From a virus (lineage: Duplodnaviria > Heunggongvirae > Uroviricota > Caudoviricetes): a stretch of DNA of 21,835 nt. Every line of letters begins with the position of its first letter. Positions within the stretch are counted from its first letter, which is position 1. Under the pieces are notes generated by a model. It searched no databases, had not been told where the DNA came from, and saw nothing but the letters and a program-made list of their open reading frames with translations. The position numbers were made by a program, and so were the translations under genes. Where the stretch lies: IMG/VR virus record IMGVR_UViG_2802429217_000001; one strand, written 5' to 3'. This document shows, one piece after another, positions 18,603-21,835 of this stretch.

Positions 18603-19064
18603 TTAGTTGGGACATTGCGTCCTGATATACTCCTGCAAGTAATTCACCTGTGAGGTTATCTTGTCGATTCCACTTCGGAGACGGTAATAATGGAGTTCAG
18701 CATCTGCTGTAAGTCTAGGGCTTTCTCCATCGCCCATGCCGCTGGCTCCGGTCGTTGACTTTGCACAGGTGGCGGCGACTTGCAGGCGCTTACGACCAGC
18801 AGAAACATCAGCACGGAGACTTTCGATAGTCGCGTTAGCATCAGCAAGCTCCTTTGTATATCTGGCATCGAGTTCTGCTACGTCACGTTGACGCTTCTGC
18901 ATATCAGAGATCGTCGCCATAGCCGAATCTAATGCCATAGCGTTTTCGTCGCGCTGTTTTTTGTATTCAATGGCTTTATTGTGGTAATGATTAGCTGACC
19001 AGACAAGACCACCAGCAATACAAGCAATAAACGTTAAAATGAGCGCCCAATAACTCATCTTCAT
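18603..19064 (-). CDS. Rz: Rz i-spanin
   Basis: 153-aa ORF with an N-terminal TM segment (YWALILTFIACIAGGLVW) and ..NHYHNKAIEYKKQRDENA..MQKRQRDVAELDARYTKELADA.., closely resembling lambda Rz as I recall it. Start overlaps the endolysin stop. Confidence 0.85.
   Translation of the reverse strand: MKMSYWALILTFIACIAGGLVWSANHYHNKAIEYKKQRDENAMALDSAMATISDMQKRQRDVAELDARYTKELADANATIESLRADVSAGRKRLQVAATCAKSTTGASGMGDGESPRLTADAELHYYRLRSGIDKITSQVNYLQEYIRTQCPN
18656..18841 (-). CDS. Rz1: Rz1 o-spanin lipoprotein, embedded in Rz in the +1 frame
   Basis: MLTRLSKVSVLMFLLVVSAC-KSPPPVQSQRPEPAAW...: signal peptide with lipobox VSAC followed by a Pro-rich segment. SD AAGGAG 7 nt before ATG 18841. Lies entirely inside Rz. 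Confidence 0.75.
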   Translation of the reverse strand: MLTRLSKVSVLMFLLVVSACKSPPPVQSQRPEPAAWAMEKALDLQQMLNSIITVSEVESTR

Positions 19065-19675
19065 ACCAGCAGCGCCGCCCGCGCCTTGTTGTATCGAACC
19101 TTACGATCCTCAATACCGTTCAGACCGCCGTTAATGATGCGCGTAACACGATTAATATCGGCACCGTAGACCATGCAGCCTTTAGATGTGTAGAACCATG
19201 CAGCTGAGCGCGCGGCCTGTAGCTCCTGCTCCAGTTGTTCAGGTGAGGTCACCAGATCTAACTTCAGCGCCGCGCCACAGATGCGATAATTATGGAGGCC
19301 AGTGATTTGAATTAATCCTCTACCGCGATATTTCCAGCCATCACCGGGTGCTTTGTTACCCAGCCGGTTGCTATACACCAGATTGGCAATAGCATCCTGA
19401 CGAGCTGCATGTCCGGATGTTCTGCCAAGGGCATCAGCCTGCTGCTGTGTGATCCTCTTTCCGAACGTCGCCACCAGCGCAGATGGCGTGTAATTAAAAT
19501 TTTCAACTACGGCGCTAAACCCCATCGACTCATGGCCTACCTGAGCGATAAACATCGCCTGATCCGCTGGTGCTGTAATGCCGAATTCCTTCATCGCCGC
19601 ATCAATGTGCGGAAACCAGCGCGCAGCCAGCCCGGCGCTAATACCAGCCGCCTTTTGAAATAATTGTTGGTTCAT
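19061..19675 (-). CDS. Endolysin, glycoside hydrolase family 19 (chitinase-like lysozyme)
   Basis: 204-aa ORF with ..FIAQVGHESMGFS.. and ..YRGRGLIQITGLHNY..; sits between the holin-like genes and Rz. Confidence 0.85.
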   Translation of the reverse strand: MNQQLFQKAAGISAGLAARWFPHIDAAMKEFGITAPADQAMFIAQVGHESMGFSAVVENFNYTPSALVATFGKRITQQQADALGRTSGHAARQDAIANLVYSNRLGNKAPGDGWKYRGRGLIQITGLHNYRICGAALKLDLVTSPEQLEQELQAARSAAWFYTSKGCMVYGADINRVTRIINGGLNGIEDRKVRYNKARAALLV

Positions 19676-19956
19676 TAGTGCCTCAGATGATCAACCAGAC
19701 GTGCAACGTTGCCTCTGACGGCCACCAGCACGGAAAGAAAAATAGTGTTCGCCACGATAATGGGCCATGAGGAATGGGGATAAATCCCACAGAGATAGGC
19801 CAACGGAACAGCACTGTATGTAACAGTAATCAGCCAGGCTAAACGTGAAACCCAAGGACGATGCCGCGAATCACCACGACGATAAAACATCAGAGTAATA
19901 ACAACACAAGCACATAACAGCGCATTTATAGTTGCTGTCGGGTCATTTAGCTCCAC
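19675..19956 (-). CDS. Holin-like / lysis membrane protein (93 aa)
   Basis: Small protein with 2-3 hydrophobic segments, GTG start with SD GGAGG 5-6 nt upstream; overlaps both neighbours. Holin versus antiholin not resolvable. Confidence 0.5.
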   Translation of the reverse strand: MELNDPTATINALLCACVVITLMFYRRGDSRHRPWVSRLAWLITVTYSAVPLAYLCGIYPHSSWPIIVANTIFLSVLVAVRGNVARLVDHLRH

Positions 19957-20329
19957 CTGAACCTCCCCGGCGCGTTATAAGCGCCACCAGCGAACCGATA
20001 TCCTGGTTATTCAGAAACGTCAGGATTTTAACGGCTAAAGCAGAGACGATTACGGCACCAATAGCATCCAGAGGTTTATCACTGTATCCGGTCAAGTTTG
20101 CCAGCTTGGAGCCAACCAACCCAGAGCAAAGGATCCCAGCAATATATGACACGATAAAATATGCCAGTCGACGCGATGCACTCAGATCTGCTGCTGTTGC
20201 TATATAGAATACAGCCCCTGCAAATGCGCCAAATACAACGCCGTAATCAGTTCCGGTCAGCAGTCCATAAATACTAGCGCCCGTTAGGGCTCCACCAGCT
20301 AACCCTGTGCCGGAAATCGGATCGGACAT
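19943..20329 (-). CDS. Putative holin (about 128 aa, multi-TM)
   Basis: MSDPISGTGLAGGALTGASIYGLL... with 3-4 Gly/Ala-rich hydrophobic segments and a charged C-terminus. Start set at ATG 20329 (SD GAGGTGG); the track's start at 20395 would span two hairpins and a U-tract. Confidence 0.55.
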   Translation of the reverse strand: MSDPISGTGLAGGALTGASIYGLLTGTDYGVVFGAFAGAVFYIATAADLSASRRLAYFIVSYIAGILCSGLVGSKLANLTGYSDKPLDAIGAVIVSALAVKILTFLNNQDIGSLVALITRRGGSGGAK

Positions 20330-20380
20330 TAGCCACCTCTTATTGCAGTGAGTCCTCTCAGAAATAGAAATGAGAGGAAT

Positions 20381-20404
20381 AAAAAAGGCCACCATTTGGC
20401 AGCC
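20381..20404 (-). terminator. Rho-independent terminator between the cargo gene and the holin
   Basis: Minus-strand GGCUGCC-AAAU-GGUGGCC (two G-U pairs; plus 20387-20404) followed by U6 (plus a-run 20381-20386). A second hairpin CCUCUCA-N10-UGAGAGG (plus 20354-20377) follows. Confidence 0.5.
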
Positions 20405-20437
20405 ATAGAATTGATGTAATTATAACTAATTCATTAA

Positions 20438-21244
20438 CTATTTCTTAATGATGCTATTTAACATTTCTAATGCAAAAAGCAACATGGAGCTAATAAAATA
20501 TAATATAACCGCACTGGCAATCGCTCCAATTATAGCCTGGACACTCCAATGAAAGTAATTTTTACCATTAATAACAAACTTAACGCTAGGAAACAAAAAG
20601 TCGATAAGCTTAATTATTAATGGAATAGCAAAGCTCCATAAGTTCGAAAACAAAATAAAGATACAAATAAATGATAAAGCAAATGCACCATCGATTGATA
20701 GTTTTGGCGCCAGTTTTGAGGCTGTCCATAAGCTAAGCAAAAAGCCAACTGTCACACCTGAAATCTGGATACTTAACATAGTCCAAGCTGTTCTAAAAAA
20801 TCTAAATTTATTTTTGCACTTGTTAAGTAAATCCTGAATCGTAATCCATAACGAGTCAACCCACTCATTATCTTCCGATGCTACAATCATTGTGCTGCTA
20901 TTTGAATTCCTCTCATCAATTCGTAGCTCCATCCAAGATCCATTCATCCTGTTAGACTGTCGACTTTGATAAGTTTCAATAGTAAAAATTATTTGATCAA
21001 TCCTAGTGGCCTGTCTAAAGTATTTCACAAGCTCACCGATAGAATCAACTTTATATCCCTTACCATCGAACAAAATAAAAAAAACACATTGAGCACAAAC
21101 TTCCCTACTTTCCTTTTGAGCTTGCTCATTCATTTTAACGCAGCGTTCGACAATTGCCGTGCTTAAGCTAATCAAGCTATCTTCATTTATAGAAACACCT
21201 GAAATATTCTTGCTTCTGTAAAAATATGACACTTTCGATTCCAC
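20438..21244 (-). CDS. Hypothetical two-domain membrane protein (268 aa), AT-rich cargo
   Basis: N-terminal roughly 150-aa soluble part and C-terminal multi-TM part (..GVTVGFLLSLW.., ..AFALSFICIFILFSNLWSFAIPLII.., ..AIIGAIASAVILYFISSMLLFAL..). GTG start at 21244 is uncertain. No recognisable family. Confidence 0.5.
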   Translation of the reverse strand: MESKVSYFYRSKNISGVSINEDSLISLSTAIVERCVKMNEQAQKESREVCAQCVFFILFDGKGYKVDSIGELVKYFRQATRIDQIIFTIETYQSRQSNRMNGSWMELRIDERNSNSSTMIVASEDNEWVDSLWITIQDLLNKCKNKFRFFRTAWTMLSIQISGVTVGFLLSLWTASKLAPKLSIDGAFALSFICIFILFSNLWSFAIPLIIKLIDFLFPSVKFVINGKNYFHWSVQAIIGAIASAVILYFISSMLLFALEMLNSIIKK

Positions 21245-21348
21245 TCCGCACCAGTCTCGATTTAGCGCAGGTTAACATAACCACTTCATTGGTAGAAGAA
21301 AAGAACTCTTCTTGTCAGAAAGCTACTGTGATATCCCTAAACCTGCAG

Positions 21349-21376
21349 ATGATACAGAACAAAATTTAAGCATCAA
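21349..21376 (-). promoter_or_regulatory. Candidate sigma70-like promoter for the 268-aa gene
   Basis: Minus strand: TTGATG (plus 21371-21376), 16-nt spacer, TATCAT (plus 21349-21354). A perfect TATAAT lies adjacent at plus 21376-21381. Confidence 0.3.
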
Positions 21377-21409
21377 TTATAGGCGATTTTAAATTCACTT
21401 TACAGTTTA

Positions 21410-21427
21410 GGCTGCCAATTGGCAGCC
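21410..21427. other. Perfect 18-bp palindrome GGCTGCCAATTGGCAGCC
   Basis: 7-bp arms with a 4-bp spacer, 15 nt downstream of the 89-aa gene stop. A near-copy lies at 20387-20404 (see the terminator feature). Confidence 0.5.
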
Positions 21428-21441
21428 GATTGAAGCAGAAA

Positions 21442-21711
21442 TCAATGAGTGCTCATCGATGAATTTTTTTCAGCGCCAATCTCACTCAAAAAAGCAAAAC
21501 CTTTTGACGTTATCTCATTAGCAATCAATCCACCTTCGGCAGATTTGCTTCGTATAACATCGATAAAACCTATATCAGCAAGATCTGAAATAGCAAAATT
21601 AACCTCTTTTGCTGAGAGATGAGGTAATGATGCAGCCTGAATTCTAGAATCCTTTGGCTGCAATTCATTCACTCGACGTAGTATTTCAAGATGGATAGAG
21701 GTCAGTTTCAT
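21442..21711 (-). CDS. Hypothetical small protein (89 aa), possible winged-helix DNA-binding regulator
   Basis: MKLTSIHLEILRRVNELQPKD...LSAKEVNFAISDLADIGFIDVIRSKSAEGGLIANEITSKGFAFL: helix-turn-helix-like segment followed by a Gly-containing wing-like stretch. Strong SD AGGAGA; own promoter upstream. Confidence 0.45.
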   Translation of the reverse strand: MKLTSIHLEILRRVNELQPKDSRIQAASLPHLSAKEVNFAISDLADIGFIDVIRSKSAEGGLIANEITSKGFAFLSEIGAEKNSSMSTH

Positions 21712-21748
21712 AATGTTCTCCTGTTTTTAATGTTGTTTTACAGAAAAC

Positions 21749-21757
21749 ATTATAACA
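21749..21757 (-). promoter_or_regulatory. Extended -10 promoter element (TGtTATAAT) for the 89-aa gene
   Basis: Minus-strand TGTTATAAT (plus 21749-21757), about 38 nt upstream of the ATG. The -35 region is weak. Confidence 0.45.
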
Positions 21758-21803
21758 CATTGATTTTGATGTAGATTGAATAGAAAAAAACCATAATAAA
21801 TAT

Positions 21804-21827
21804 CCTCCGGCATAGCCGGAGGTTTTT
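21804..21827 (+). terminator. Rho-independent terminator hairpin, possibly bidirectional
   Basis: Plus strand CCTCCGGC-ATA-GCCGGAGG followed by TTTTT (21823-21827). The opposite side carries an A7 run and A/T-rich sequence. Confidence 0.55.
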
Positions 21828-21835
21828 CAAATGCG

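Noticed and set aside
19943-20395. Holin start at 20395 as given by the ORF track
   Set aside because: The N-terminal 22 codons would span two hairpins and a U-tract. ATG 20329 has a strong SD (GAGGTGG) and begins the hydrophobic protein proper.
20966-21166. Plus-strand 66-aa ORF inside the 268-aa cargo gene
   Set aside because: Antisense shadow in AT-rich sequence, no start signals.
1-21835. Integrase, attachment site, tRNA, CRISPR array or transposase
   Set aside because: No recombinase-like or transposase-like ORF, no tRNA-like sequence and no regularly spaced direct repeats were seen. The prophage ends are presumably outside this window.

Overview
Almost the whole window is the late region of a tailed prophage, transcribed right to left on the minus strand. 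Calls rest on reading the supplied translations and the raw sequence by eye; no database search was possible. Gene order from high to low coordinates: two AT-rich cargo genes (21711-20438), a lysis cassette (two holin-like proteins, GH19 endolysin, Rz with embedded Rz1), a second AT-rich island with a plus-strand gene (17734-18174), HNH endonuclease, small and large terminase, portal, prohead protease and major capsid (HK97-type head module), connector and adaptor proteins, then a Mu-type contractile tail (sheath, tube, frameshifted chaperone, tape measure, DNA-circulation N-like protein, baseplate proteins) and the start of a tail fiber gene running off the left edge. The most notable points are an in-frame amber codon splitting the gpP-like baseplate gene, a textbook -1 frameshift site in the tail chaperone, and two AT-rich cargo loci of unknown function. 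The best candidate for an undescribed system is the 268-aa membrane protein plus 89-aa putative regulator upstream of the holin genes. No rRNA, tRNA, CRISPR array or transposase was recognised. Nearly all plus-strand ORFs in the GC-rich structural region are antisense shadows.
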